DNA of 64,000 nt from an uncultured Candidatus Micrarchaeota archaeon (GTDB lineage: Archaea > Micrarchaeota > Micrarchaeia > Burarchaeales > Fermentimicrarchaeaceae), in contig CAVXDX010000003.1 in assembly GCA_963760615.1 (NCBI GenBank), positions 64,001 through 128,000 of the forward strand, written 5' to 3'. Shown in pieces: positions 48,452 through 57,878 of this stretch. Each line of letters opens with the position of its first letter. Position 1 is the stretch's first letter. Under the pieces are notes generated by a model. That model had not been told where the DNA came from. It did no database searches and saw nothing but the letters and a program-made list of their open reading frames with translations. The translations under genes and the position numbers were made by a program.

Positions 48452-49042
48452 CTACCAGCCAACCAGCTCTTTCCTGCTTCCAAATACAGCAACCAGCACA
48501 AGCAACGGTCCTATAACCATAATCCCGTAGAATAAGCTCACATTACTCGTTGGGTTGTCCCTAAAAAACTCTATACCCCCTGGGAGGTTCATCGCTCTCA
48601 TCAGCTCAACAATGAAAGTGATGACAGATATGATAATGCCCGCTCTGTATGACCACTTATTTGTTGTCGCAAGCCCCGCCCCAAGGGCGAGGGAGGCAAG
48701 CCCAATGGCAAGGGAAGGTGCTTCAGAAAGCAGCGAATTGTTAAACGTTTCATGCAAACCAATAGAATTGTTGTAGACGAATACGGGTAGGTACCCCAGC
48801 AGCTGGTACGAATCGTGCAAACTGACAATTGCTATAAGAAGCGCAAGCAGGCTGGCCGCAAGAATCTTTAAAGTCAACGATTTTACAGTCTCCTCACGGA
48901 CTTCTTTTACTATCTCCTTAAGGCAATCATAGCAGTAAGCCTTGTCGTCTATAAGCTCAACGCATGCTAGGCAGAAATGCTTCTTGCATCTCGCGCACTT
49001 GTAGATGCCCTCCTTTCCTGGGTGGTTGATGCATTCAGCCAA
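48452..49042 (-). CDS. B-box-type zinc finger membrane protein
   Basis: CINHP...CARC...FCLAC.....YCYDC followed by about four TM helices. Confidence 0.7.
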   Translation of the reverse strand: MAECINHPGKEGIYKCARCKKHFCLACVELIDDKAYCYDCLKEIVKEVREETVKSLTLKILAASLLALLIAIVSLHDSYQLLGYLPVFVYNNSIGLHETFNNSLLSEAPSLAIGLASLALGAGLATTNKWSYRAGIIISVITFIVELMRAMNLPGGIEFFRDNPTSNVSLFYGIMVIGPLLVLVAVFGSRKELVGW

Positions 49043-49048
49043 CTTATC

Positions 49049-49279
49049 TCACCTATTGTACTTGGCCATTGCTCTTTTCCTCTTCTTCTCATATATCCCT
49101 AGGCTCTTTCCGCAGCTTGGGCAGTAGTAAAACTTCCTTCTCTCCATGAGCTTCACATCATCCGCAGTTTTCAAATCAGTGCTGAAAACCATGGACCTCT
49201 CATAGGTGACCGCTTTTCCTCTCGGGAGCCTCCTGCCGCATGCCCCGCAGATAACCATATGGTCTCTTCCCCTCATCAA
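49049..49279 (-). CDS. rps26e: Ribosomal protein eS26 homologue
   Basis: GRDHMVICGACGRRLPRGKAV ... YYCPSCGKSLGI matches the eS26 C-x2-C...C-x2-C pattern. Confidence 0.75.
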   Translation of the reverse strand: MMRGRDHMVICGACGRRLPRGKAVTYERSMVFSTDLKTADDVKLMERRKFYYCPSCGKSLGIYEKKRKRAMAKYNR

Positions 49280-49280
49280 C

Positions 49281-50030
49281 TCACCTCTGCTTTATATCTC
49301 CTATCTTACCAAGGCCTATTCCATTCAATAGAAATGTTTCTGCACCACCCAATTTAAACATTTCATTTCTAAAGAACGGTCCGAGCAGATCCCTCTCCTT
49401 TACAGCGTTGAACACCATCCCCCCAACCAGCTCGCTGAAAGCCGGCATAATCACCACTTTCATCCTCATGTTAAAGTTTGAATATTTTTTCTCCACCTTC
49501 TTCGCCTCAAGCCTGCCAACAACCCATACCCTCTTGATGCTCCTGTAGCCCATCCTATCCACAAGCTCCACGCAGGGGTGGTTGTGGGCGAGCACAAGCC
49601 AGTCCGCTTCCATCATTTTTTCAGAGGGCCAAGCATGCCCGTGGTTTAGAGAAATGCTTTCTCTCCGCACTCCGGCTGCATCGTGGACCTCAATTCCCTC
49701 AGCGATTTCTCTTATGCCTCCGTCATGGTTTCCCATGACTACTGACACCCTGACTCTCTCGTTTATCTCCCTCAGAAACCTGCTGAGCCTATCCCTTTCA
49801 GGGAATTGCATATTCGGTATGTCATGCTTAACATCGCCAAGCAGCACAAGCTCATTGCAATGCGTCTCTTCAATAAGGTTCAGAAGCCTGTCCCCTGTCT
49901 TGTCAAAAAGATTCATCTCTATACTGCTGCCGAATATGCTTCTCTCTATGCCAAGGTGCAAATCCGCAACAACCAGCATCCTATTATAAAGCAGCGCCGG
50001 CTCATTGCAGATGAACTTTAACTCATCCAT
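49281..50030 (-). CDS. Calcineurin-like metallophosphoesterase
   Basis: ADLHLG, LGDVKH, GNHD, HGH, AHNHP, MPAF. Confidence 0.9.
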   Translation of the reverse strand: MDELKFICNEPALLYNRMLVVADLHLGIERSIFGSSIEMNLFDKTGDRLLNLIEETHCNELVLLGDVKHDIPNMQFPERDRLSRFLREINERVRVSVVMGNHDGGIREIAEGIEVHDAAGVRRESISLNHGHAWPSEKMMEADWLVLAHNHPCVELVDRMGYRSIKRVWVVGRLEAKKVEKKYSNFNMRMKVVIMPAFSELVGGMVFNAVKERDLLGPFFRNEMFKLGGAETFLLNGIGLGKIGDIKQR

Positions 50031-50128
50031 GACAATACTATACAACCATGAAAATAAATCAATAGCGGTTGGATGAAAAGCTGGAGCGAGCTGCAAATTT
50101 TTATTAACTACCATCCAAAAACACCACC

Positions 50129-51190
50129 ATGGCATTTTCACCAAGTTTCAAGGTCATGGGCATAGAAATAGAGCTGCACTGGAGCCTCCTGCTCTTGCTC
50201 CTGCTCATATTTGCTTCCGAAGGAATTGACGCCGCCCTGTCCATCCTGCTCATCTTCACATTTGTCGTTCTGCATGAGCTCTCCCACTCCTATGTTTCAA
50301 TTAAAAACGGGATTGAAGTCAGAAAAATAACCCTCTTCCCAATAGGCGGCATGGCTACCATTGAGGATGTTTTCATACCCCCGGATGTTGAGTTCAAGCT
50401 CGCCATAGCAGGACCGCTCTTCAACTTTGCAGTCATCGCCATTGCGCTGCCCCTCACCCTTCTGGTAACCAGCGAGCCAATAAGCTCATTCCTCTGGATT
50501 ATTATTGAGATAAATCTTGTGCTCGGAATTTTCAACCTTCTGCCTGCCATCCCTCTAGACGGGGGGCGAGTCTGGAGGAGCTGGAGAGAGAAGAAGGTTG
50601 GTCACCTCAGGGCAACAGTTGACGCTGTGAAACTCAGCAGATTTACTGCCATACTGCTCCTCTCGATTTCGCTAATAATCGGATTTGTGCAGGATGACTT
50701 CGCTCTCCTTGTATGGAATTTCCTGATATCCGCTGTCATCTACCTCGGCTCTCAAGCCGAGCTTAGCGTCGCGCTGCTCAAGGATTCTGCGAAAGGTCTT
50801 TTTGTGAGGGATGCCATGAATTTCTCAACTGTCTCACTGCACCCCAGTTCAACATTGAGGGAGGCATCCTCGCTGATGCATGCGACACGCTCGCCCGTAA
50901 TTATTGTATCGAGCAAGCCTATAAAACTCCTCAGCTACAGGAATCTTCTGGAAATTGAAAAGAATAAGTGGGACAATGTAAAGGCACTGGACGTTGCCCA
51001 AACCTCACCAGTATGCAGCATGGACGAGCCTATCCTTGACGCATGGAAGAAGATGAAATCAGCAGATGTGCCTATACTGCCTGTTTTGTTTGATGGCGGA
51101 CTTGTAGGGACAGTAAGTGAGATTGACATAGAAAAGCTCCTCGTGCTGAATAGATTGCGGGTTGATTTCCCTGAAAAGGTTGAAAACTGA
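50129..51190 (+). CDS. Site-2 protease (M50) with CBS domains
   Basis: HELSH, AGPLFN, FNLLPAIPLDGGR, C-terminal CBS pair. Confidence 0.93.
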   Translation: MAFSPSFKVMGIEIELHWSLLLLLLLIFASEGIDAALSILLIFTFVVLHELSHSYVSIKNGIEVRKITLFPIGGMATIEDVFIPPDVEFKLAIAGPLFNFAVIAIALPLTLLVTSEPISSFLWIIIEINLVLGIFNLLPAIPLDGGRVWRSWREKKVGHLRATVDAVKLSRFTAILLLSISLIIGFVQDDFALLVWNFLISAVIYLGSQAELSVALLKDSAKGLFVRDAMNFSTVSLHPSSTLREASSLMHATRSPVIIVSSKPIKLLSYRNLLEIEKNKWDNVKALDVAQTSPVCSMDEPILDAWKKMKSADVPILPVLFDGGLVGTVSEIDIEKLLVLNRLRVDFPEKVEN

Positions 51191-51345
51191 AGTGATAGTG
51201 CATACATAAATGTGGTTAGCGAATTTATACAAAGTTATATTGGCGCGGAGGGTACCTGAAAGATGCACCTCCAGAGGTGGCAGAGGACTACGCATATATA
51301 TTTATAAAGATTGGATTGCCAATATAAAGAATTCTAGGTGTTTAG

Positions 51346-51891
51346 ATGAATCTCTGGCATGATATAGAAGCAGGTTCGGATATCCCCAATCTAATCAACG
51401 TCATAGTCGAAATACCGAAAGGCTCGCAGAACAAGTACGAGTATGACAAGAAGCTCAATATAATAAAACTTGATAGGGTGCTATTCTCACCTTTCCACTA
51501 TCCGGGGGATTACGGTATAATACCAAAAACGCTTTCCAAGGATGGCGACCCACTTGATGCCATTGTGCTTGTCACAAATCCCACCTACCCCGGCATACTC
51601 CTAAATGTGAGACCAGTTGGATTGCTTAGAATGAATGATGCCGGCAAGATAGATGACAAAATACTGTGCGTTTCTAATGATGACCCAAGGTTCAAGCATC
51701 ATGTGGACATAGCGGACTTGGATGAGCACCTGCTCAAGGAAATAATGCACTTCTTCCAGGTATACAAAGACCTCGAGGGAAAATCCGTGAAGATGACAGG
51801 CTGGAAGGACTCTGCCGCTGCCAAGAAGATAATAGTAGAGTCAGTTGAAGCCTACAACAAGAAATATAGAAGCAGGGAAACCCGCAGATGA
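51346..51891 (+). CDS. ppa: Inorganic pyrophosphatase (family I), copy 2
   Basis: VEIPKGSQNKYE, LDRVL, YPGDYG, DGDPLD, DDK. Confidence 0.96.
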   Translation: MNLWHDIEAGSDIPNLINVIVEIPKGSQNKYEYDKKLNIIKLDRVLFSPFHYPGDYGIIPKTLSKDGDPLDAIVLVTNPTYPGILLNVRPVGLLRMNDAGKIDDKILCVSNDDPRFKHHVDIADLDEHLLKEIMHFFQVYKDLEGKSVKMTGWKDSAAAKKIIVESVEAYNKKYRSRETRR

Positions 51892-51895
51892 TGCC

Positions 51896-52087
51896 TTAAG
51901 CCTTTATCCTCAGAGCGTATTTTCCAGGCAGCTTGGCGTCTATCTTCTTTGCAAGCTCTGATTTTTCGGCATTGAATACTATCAGATAGCTGCTCCACTT
52001 GTCAGTTAGCTCTGTCCCACCGCAGTTCGGGCATTTGTTGCCCTCGGTGATAATGAATCTGCAGTTCTTGCATGCTTTCTCAGCCAT
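51896..52087 (-). CDS. spt4: Transcription elongation factor Spt4 (RpoE'')
   Basis: ACKNC..CPNCG, SELAKK, PGKYAL. Confidence 0.93.
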   Translation of the reverse strand: MAEKACKNCRFIITEGNKCPNCGGTELTDKWSSYLIVFNAEKSELAKKIDAKLPGKYALRIKA

Positions 52088-52091
52088 ATGA

Positions 52092-52646
52092 TCACTTCTT
52101 CTTAGGAGCTGCCTCCTCCTTTATCCACTCAAGCTTTCCCAGCCCCTCTGGCCTCATTGTGAGGCCTATCTTGGTTTCTGGGATGCTGCCTTTCATGCTG
52201 ACTGTGGATATCTTGGCCAGCACATCATCACCCTTCTTTATTATTTTCTTGCTCTCCTTACCGATGAAAGCCGGTATCTTCTTGTCATAGGAAAGGAAAT
52301 CGTTAGTTATCTGGGAGAGGTGCGCTAGGCCGTCAATCGGCCCCATCCTAACAAACGCTCCGAACTCCACTATTTCAGTAACCTCCCCCTCAAATATCTC
52401 ATTCAGCTCAGGCTTGTAGGTAAGCATGTCAAAAGTCATCTCGTGGTATGACGCACCGTCACCCGGTATAACCTTCCCCTCGCTTATATCATGGGGGTTC
52501 CATACGCACAGAACTATGCCAAAGTCCTTGTCAACCTTCCTCTCATACTTCTCCCTCAGTATGCTGACTATCGCTTCCTTGAGGTTCTTTGAGAAGTATT
52601 TTGGCTCTACTCTTACAGTGCTCTTCACGGTTATTATGCTGTACAT
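52092..52646 (-). CDS. rpoE: RNA polymerase subunit Rpo7 (RpoE')
   Basis: GKVIPGDGA, FGAFVRMGPIDGLAH, KIGLTMR.GLGK. Confidence 0.96.
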   Translation of the reverse strand: MYSIITVKSTVRVEPKYFSKNLKEAIVSILREKYERKVDKDFGIVLCVWNPHDISEGKVIPGDGASYHEMTFDMLTYKPELNEIFEGEVTEIVEFGAFVRMGPIDGLAHLSQITNDFLSYDKKIPAFIGKESKKIIKKGDDVLAKISTVSMKGSIPETKIGLTMRPEGLGKLEWIKEEAAPKKK

Positions 52647-52679
52647 TGTATCACCAATTTGTTGCGCAACATTAATATA

Positions 52680-53054
52680 TCATTCGAATTGTAAGCGTGA
52701 CTTGCCCCTCAATATTATGACTTTCACCCCTTCTTTCTTCAGCCTTTCTATGAGCCCTCTGTCATTTGTGCAGGCAACCGCGCCGTTTCTCGCGCAGTAG
52801 CTTACAACCCAGTCGTCAACGCTTCCATCGTTCTTTTTTATCTCCACCCTGCCAAGCTTTAGGAGCTTCAATGCGTACCTCGCGGCAGCCGAATCTCTTC
52901 CTTTTCCTGAGCCTACTCCCGTCAATTCAGCAACAACTCCCTCGCACGTGACTGCCCTGTGCTCTCCAAGCAGCTCGCTCAATCCACCGAATATATTCAC
53001 CTTGAATTGATGAGCAAGCATCAGGAAGTTGGTGTCTAGCACTGCTTCAAGCAT
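52680..53054 (-). CDS. PIN domain nuclease (Fcf1/Utp24-like)
   Basis: LDTNFL, V.EL, VDD, TNDR; canonical position upstream of rpoE'. Confidence 0.9.
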   Translation of the reverse strand: MLEAVLDTNFLMLAHQFKVNIFGGLSELLGEHRAVTCEGVVAELTGVGSGKGRDSAAARYALKLLKLGRVEIKKNDGSVDDWVVSYCARNGAVACTNDRGLIERLKKEGVKVIILRGKSRLQFE

Positions 53055-53092
53055 CCAATTATTTTGTAGAATAACAAATTTAAATGCAACGC

Positions 53093-54169
53093 TTACCTGG
53101 TTATTTTTCCTTCCTTGAACGCATCCAGCAGCTCAGGGTGCTTCTCGAAATACTCCCTGCTCGGTTTTAGTATTCCCGTGAGTTCCCTCGTAACTGCACT
53201 CTTAAGATCTGTGGGGTGCAGCTCACCCTTCTTATACGCATCTCTCAGTTCATCGAATCTCATGTAATCAACATCCCCGCCGTACTTCTTGTTCCTCTCT
53301 ATGTGCAGTGGCTTGTCCTTCATTATCACGTACTCGCAAAGCTCAATTATCGGGTTGTTTTCCGTTTGCTTCTCCGGGCAGTAGGCTGCGCTTATCTTAT
53401 CCTTTATTTCCTTCTCCGAATCATGGATGTATACACTGCTTTTGGGAATGCTCTTGCTCATCTTTGAAGATACCTCCGTATCGAGCTTATCGTTGCTCTC
53501 AAAGCCCATCTTCTGCGGGCCCTGCAACCCCATCAGGAGATGCGTGTGCACTGCAACGGGTTTAGGCCATTTCATCTTTTCAGCAATCTCCCTGGTGAGC
53601 ACGTGCACCTTCCTCTGGTCCATCCCTGCGTGCATGAGTTGTACCTTCAGGTGGAAGATGTCCGCAGCCTGCATTGCAGGATAGAGCAGGGCAGCAGATT
53701 CTGTCGCCTCAGTCTCCTTCCTTCCCATTATTGTCACGCACCTCAGCATCCTTTGTATGCTGGTGCTCTTCATTATCTCAACGACTTTAACCCAGTACCA
53801 CTGGTCATAATGCTCGCTGGCAAGTGCGTATCTAACCTGCGATTCATCCAGACCAAGCGATACAAAACCTGCCTTGAAATACCCTCGGGCTATATCCCTT
53901 ATTAAACTCAAGTCCCCCCCCAGCTTCTTGTTTATCCAGGAGTGGTAGTCAGCCAGCCATATGATAGGCCTTATACCTGCCTTTATGAAATCATTAATCT
54001 TCATTGCCGTAAGCAGCCCGGAGCCTATGTGCATCATCCCGCTTACCTCAAAACCGATGTAGTGCTGTGGGTGCTCCTCCCTCTCAAAAAGCTTGACCAG
54101 CTCCTCCTCAGTAAGCAGCTCTTCAGTCGGCTTCCTCTTCACAAGAAAAACCTTATCCTCTATGTTCAA
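53093..54169 (-). CDS. tyrS: Tyrosine--tRNA ligase
   Basis: YIGFEVSG.MHIGS, YPAMQAADI, GMDQRK, KMSKS. Confidence 0.97.
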   Translation of the reverse strand: MNIEDKVFLVKRKPTEELLTEEELVKLFEREEHPQHYIGFEVSGMMHIGSGLLTAMKINDFIKAGIRPIIWLADYHSWINKKLGGDLSLIRDIARGYFKAGFVSLGLDESQVRYALASEHYDQWYWVKVVEIMKSTSIQRMLRCVTIMGRKETEATESAALLYPAMQAADIFHLKVQLMHAGMDQRKVHVLTREIAEKMKWPKPVAVHTHLLMGLQGPQKMGFESNDKLDTEVSSKMSKSIPKSSVYIHDSEKEIKDKISAAYCPEKQTENNPIIELCEYVIMKDKPLHIERNKKYGGDVDYMRFDELRDAYKKGELHPTDLKSAVTRELTGILKPSREYFEKHPELLDAFKEGKITR

Positions 54170-54180
54170 CTAATCACCTT

Positions 54181-54927
54181 CTATGCAATCTCAGGCATCT
54201 CACATTTGAATTCCATCAATTTTATTCTTTCCCTAACCCTCCTTATAGTGCTTTCCTTCAAACCGAGCTCTCTTGCAATGGTCCTATCACTCTCCTTCCC
54301 AATTCTCATCAGAATACTGTCAAGCTTGCTGTAGCTTATCCCAAGTTCTCCTTCAGCGGTCTGCCCTTCCCATAACCCCGGAGAGGGTTTCTTCCTTATT
54401 ATCTCTCTTGGAACCCCAAGCTTCTCCGCAAGTTTTCTCACCTCAGTTTTATACAGCCCGCCGATTGGAAGAAAATCGACTCCCCCGTCCCCATAGCGTG
54501 TGAAATAACCCATCTTCAGCTCACTTCTGTTGCCTGTCCCTGCAACAAGTAGATTCCTGCTGTTGGAAAAGTAATACAGGGTGCACATCCTTATTCTGGC
54601 CCGCAGGTTCCCGTTCGGTATTCGCGCCCCCTCCCCGAATCTTGGCAGTATCATCTTGAACTCCTTATACACCGAGCTGAAATCGATTATGTAGTATCCC
54701 ACACCCAGACGCTTTGCGAGTTTTACCGCATCTTCCATGTCCGTCTTGCCAGTGGTCTCGCTCTCAGGCATTATCAGAGCAGTTACTCTTTTCTTACCAA
54801 GAGCTCTTGTGCAGAGTGTTGCGACAACTGCAGAATCGATCCCTCCGCTGATGCCGACAACTACCCCCTTTGCGCCAGCTTCTCTGACCTTTCTCCTTAT
54901 GAAGCTCTCAGTCCTCCTTACCTGCAT
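54181..54927 (-). CDS. nadE: NH3-dependent NAD+ synthetase
   Basis: GISGGIDS, N..ARIRM, GTGNRSE, GYFTRYGDG, YKTEV, PSPGLW. Confidence 0.95.
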   Translation of the reverse strand: MQVRRTESFIRRKVREAGAKGVVVGISGGIDSAVVATLCTRALGKKRVTALIMPESETTGKTDMEDAVKLAKRLGVGYYIIDFSSVYKEFKMILPRFGEGARIPNGNLRARIRMCTLYYFSNSRNLLVAGTGNRSELKMGYFTRYGDGGVDFLPIGGLYKTEVRKLAEKLGVPREIIRKKPSPGLWEGQTAEGELGISYSKLDSILMRIGKESDRTIARELGLKESTIRRVRERIKLMEFKCEMPEIA

Positions 54928-55029
54928 ACAAGATATTTCTCTTGCAACTCTTTTTATTATTTGCTTAGACCAACCGCAAACAATATAAAATGTTAATGGA
55001 TTAATTACTGTATAGATTGAGGTGAGTTG

Positions 55030-55143
55030 TTGGGTTCTATCCCCAGAAAATGGAAGAAAGCCGGAAGAATGCGTTGGAAATGGCTTAAGAAAAGAAGGAA
55101 GAAGATGAAGAGAAAGCTCAAGAGAAGAGTGGGCGAGCTCTAG
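55030..55143 (+). CDS. rpl41e: Ribosomal protein eL41 (eS32), not in the ORF track
   Basis: TTG after GAGGTGA; MGSIPRKWKKAGRMRWKWLKKRRKKMKRKLKRRVGEL* with the archaeal WKK.GRMRWKW signature. Confidence 0.88.
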   Translation: MGSIPRKWKKAGRMRWKWLKKRRKKMKRKLKRRVGEL

Positions 55144-55760
55144 GTGCCTGCCCAGCTCCTAACAACATATCTACCTCTCTTCTCTATTTCTGCGAGTTGT
55201 TTCACAACCTCTTCGTACTTTTCATACTCCTCGTAGCCAGAGAGGAAGCTCCTGAATGTTCTCTCATCCCCAAGCGATTTCTTCATGAGCAGAACATCAA
55301 TTGCCTTCTCCTCAGCATCCTTTGAAAAGCTTCCAAGACCGAAATCTATGAAAAAAACCTTTCCGTTGCTGATCATCACGTTGGCAGTTGTGAAATCTCC
55401 ATGCACCACTCCGTGCCTGTGCAGTTTCGCCAGCCCTCTTCCAACCTCTTCAACTACCTTGCCGATGCCTCTACCTTTTTTATTTTTGATGAAATCCCTG
55501 AGCAACACGCCGTTTATGAAACCGAGCTTCAGCTCAAACTCATCTATTTCATATACGACTGGGCAAGCCACGCCAGCCCCCTTAGCTGAGTGCAAGAGAT
55601 ATGCTTCCCCTCTTGTCCTGCTTCCTCTCAGTGGAATGTCTATCTCCCTTATCCTATACCTCTTGGAAACTCTATTCTTGCTGGCGATTCTCCTATCAAC
55701 AAGCCTCTCGATGTAAAGCTCTGCCTCTGCGCCCCTTGCGAGGAATTTTGCCATATGCAA
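55140..55760 (-). CDS. bud32: KEOPS kinase Bud32
   Basis: RGAEA, K.RVSK.YR, HGDFTTAN, IDFGL, E.RGRY. Confidence 0.95.
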   Translation of the reverse strand: MHMAKFLARGAEAELYIERLVDRRIASKNRVSKRYRIREIDIPLRGSRTRGEAYLLHSAKGAGVACPVVYEIDEFELKLGFINGVLLRDFIKNKKGRGIGKVVEEVGRGLAKLHRHGVVHGDFTTANVMISNGKVFFIDFGLGSFSKDAEEKAIDVLLMKKSLGDERTFRSFLSGYEEYEKYEEVVKQLAEIEKRGRYVVRSWAGT

Positions 55761-55795
55761 ACCTACCTAGGATGCTTCATCAAAAGCGTGCTTGT

Positions 55796-56134
55796 CTAAA
55801 ACTCTTTTATGGCAGCGTTTAGCACAAGCATTATCACAAACGTTATGAACGCCCAAAATGCTATATCAAGGATGCCACCAAGCCAGTTTATGCTCCCACT
55901 CTGCCATCCGTTGTAAGTATTGTAAATGAACCAGGCATACGGATAGCCGTTCGCTATGTTTTCACCTATGCAATTGCTTGTGCATCCCGAACTTTCGTGG
56001 TATGCTCCAGATATGAAGACCACGAACAGCGCTATGATAAGAGAGTAAAATATTCCATCGCTCAGACTTGGTCCTGCGACTCTTTTAGCTCCCGCAGTTT
56101 TTACAGCCCTAGGCGCCTTCTTCCTCCTCGGCAT
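55796..56134 (-). CDS. Hypothetical small membrane protein
   Basis: Basic N-terminus, two TM helices flanking a C..C/GYPY.W loop. Confidence 0.65.
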   Translation of the reverse strand: MPRRKKAPRAVKTAGAKRVAGPSLSDGIFYSLIIALFVVFISGAYHESSGCTSNCIGENIANGYPYAWFIYNTYNGWQSGSINWLGGILDIAFWAFITFVIMLVLNAAIKEF

Positions 56135-56435
56135 ATGGCATCACCGAATATGATTATTTCGCGCCCATTAATAAATATAACTCTTTGAAGAAGATTCTCA
56201 TCACTTAGAAAGGAGATAAATGCAATACCAAATTTACAATACTCGCTATCCGGAAGTAACGCCCGTAATTCCGTAAAGGAGAGAGATGTTGCAAACAATA
56301 TCTGTGAAGCAGGAAGCACTCATCCCTCAAAGGTGGGGGCATGTCACTAATTTATCATCAGTTTGGGGTGGAAGCATGTGATAAGTGTGCAAACCACCCA
56401 TTAACATTATATACCAATCTTAGCAATAAGATTTC

Positions 56436-57878
56436 ATGAGATGCAAAAAGGCGCAAATCTCCGGTCTTGACCTTATACTCGCAATAATGCTCTTCTCTCT
56501 TGCCCTTATACTCTTTTCGATTTTATGGGATGTGGTGCAGTACAACGTAAAGACTCAAGCAGATGCTGATATAATTGCCATCCAGGTTGCGAATAGACTC
56601 CTAGGCAGCCCAGGCTACCCATCTGACTGGAATGCAACGAATGTGCAGCTGATAGGTTTATCATCTGAAAGAGGTGTCATGGACCAGAGCAAATTCCAAA
56701 ACCTACTTGATCTACTGGCCCAACCTGGTGGCTATGATCAGGTGAGGCAGATGTTGGGTTTGGGCCCCTATCAGTTTTATATTAGTATGACCAACCCAGA
56801 CGGCTCTCCAATCCTCATCAACGGCCAACCCGCCCAGGGGGGAGACCCCCCAACCAATGCAACCAGTGTGAGCAGCATAAAAAGGACTGCGCTCTACGGC
56901 ACAATTATGGTGTTCAACAACTCAATAACATTCGTCCAGGATTCATCCGGGAGCATGGACTGGTTTTCAACAGGCATAAATTATACGAATTCGAATCTAA
57001 GTGCAAGGAATGTATGGGTCAATATCTACAATGTGAGCTTCCCAAGCTCGCCAACTAGCAATTTTGACTTTATATTTGAGTTCAACGACACCAGCCTCAC
57101 TGGAGGGAACCAGGTCAAGCTAAATGTTACAAGTCCTTCTGGTAAGAAATATGCAGTGCCGAACTGCGGCAGCTCGTCAGGCTGCAGCTGCGGGTCTGGG
57201 ACAAATGGCTGCTTGGCATTTTCATACTCTGGAGGAGCGCGCATGAACTTCACACAGGCACTTTGGAATTCCACAGGAGTCTGGCAGGTTTGGATAAGGA
57301 AATCAGTGAATAACCCTATTACATACGATTCATTTGCTCAAACGCCGCCGAGGAGGATAGATGCTGCAAAAACTGCAATTGATGCCTTTGTTGACGTAAT
57401 TTCAAACGAATCCAAGGGACTTGATGAAATGTCGCTGTTCGATTTCAACAGTTGCAACAGCAACATGATAAATGGTTTCACGACAAATTACCCGCAGATT
57501 AAATCCAATGTGAATTCCATAACTGCATCAGGTTCAACACCGCTCGCCCAAGCTATCAGGGATGCGGCCGACTACACAAATTCAAGCTCAACAAGAAAGC
57601 ACAATATGATAATTGTTGTGTCAGACGGGCAGGAGACATGCGGTGGGGACATAGTTGCCGCGGCAACCTATGCCGCAGGCAAGGTTCAAAGGATCTGCAC
57701 TGTAGGGCTGGAGCAAGGTGGAGATGGTGCAAACCAGCTCACGCAAGCTGCCAAAATAGGGCATTGCCAGTATTACGCTGCAAGAAACGAGCAGCAGCTT
57801 GAATTGTACCTGAGACAACTCTACTTCGGGACTCTTGCGAAGGAGACAGTGGTGCTCAACATAGTGGTATGGAGATGA
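56436..57878 (+). CDS. Minor pilin-like protein with an inserted vWA (MIDAS) domain
   Basis: KKA/QISGLDLILA class III signal; GYPSDW..IGL pilin-like core; DSSGS...T(PL)...SDG MIDAS; terminal VVWR strand. Confidence 0.8.
   Translation: MRCKKAQISGLDLILAIMLFSLALILFSILWDVVQYNVKTQADADIIAIQVANRLLGSPGYPSDWNATNVQLIGLSSERGVMDQSKFQNLLDLLAQPGGYDQVRQMLGLGPYQFYISMTNPDGSPILINGQPAQGGDPPTNATSVSSIKRTALYGTIMVFNNSITFVQDSSGSMDWFSTGINYTNSNLSARNVWVNIYNVSFPSSPTSNFDFIFEFNDTSLTGGNQVKLNVTSPSGKKYAVPNCGSSSGCSCGSGTNGCLAFSYSGGARMNFTQALWNSTGVWQVWIRKSVNNPITYDSFAQTPPRRIDAAKTAIDAFVDVISNESKGLDEMSLFDFNSCNSNMINGFTTNYPQIKSNVNSITASGSTPLAQAIRDAADYTNSSSTRKHNMIIVVSDGQETCGGDIVAAATYAAGKVQRICTVGLEQGGDGANQLTQAAKIGHCQYYAARNEQQLELYLRQLYFGTLAKETVVLNIVVWR

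Noticed and set aside
51242-51293. Fluoride riboswitch upstream of the second ppa
   Set aside because: A GC-rich hairpin island is present, but the P1 and pseudoknot pairings and the GAUG/UAAUGA nucleotides of the crcB motif are absent, and it lies upstream of the ppa TATA box.
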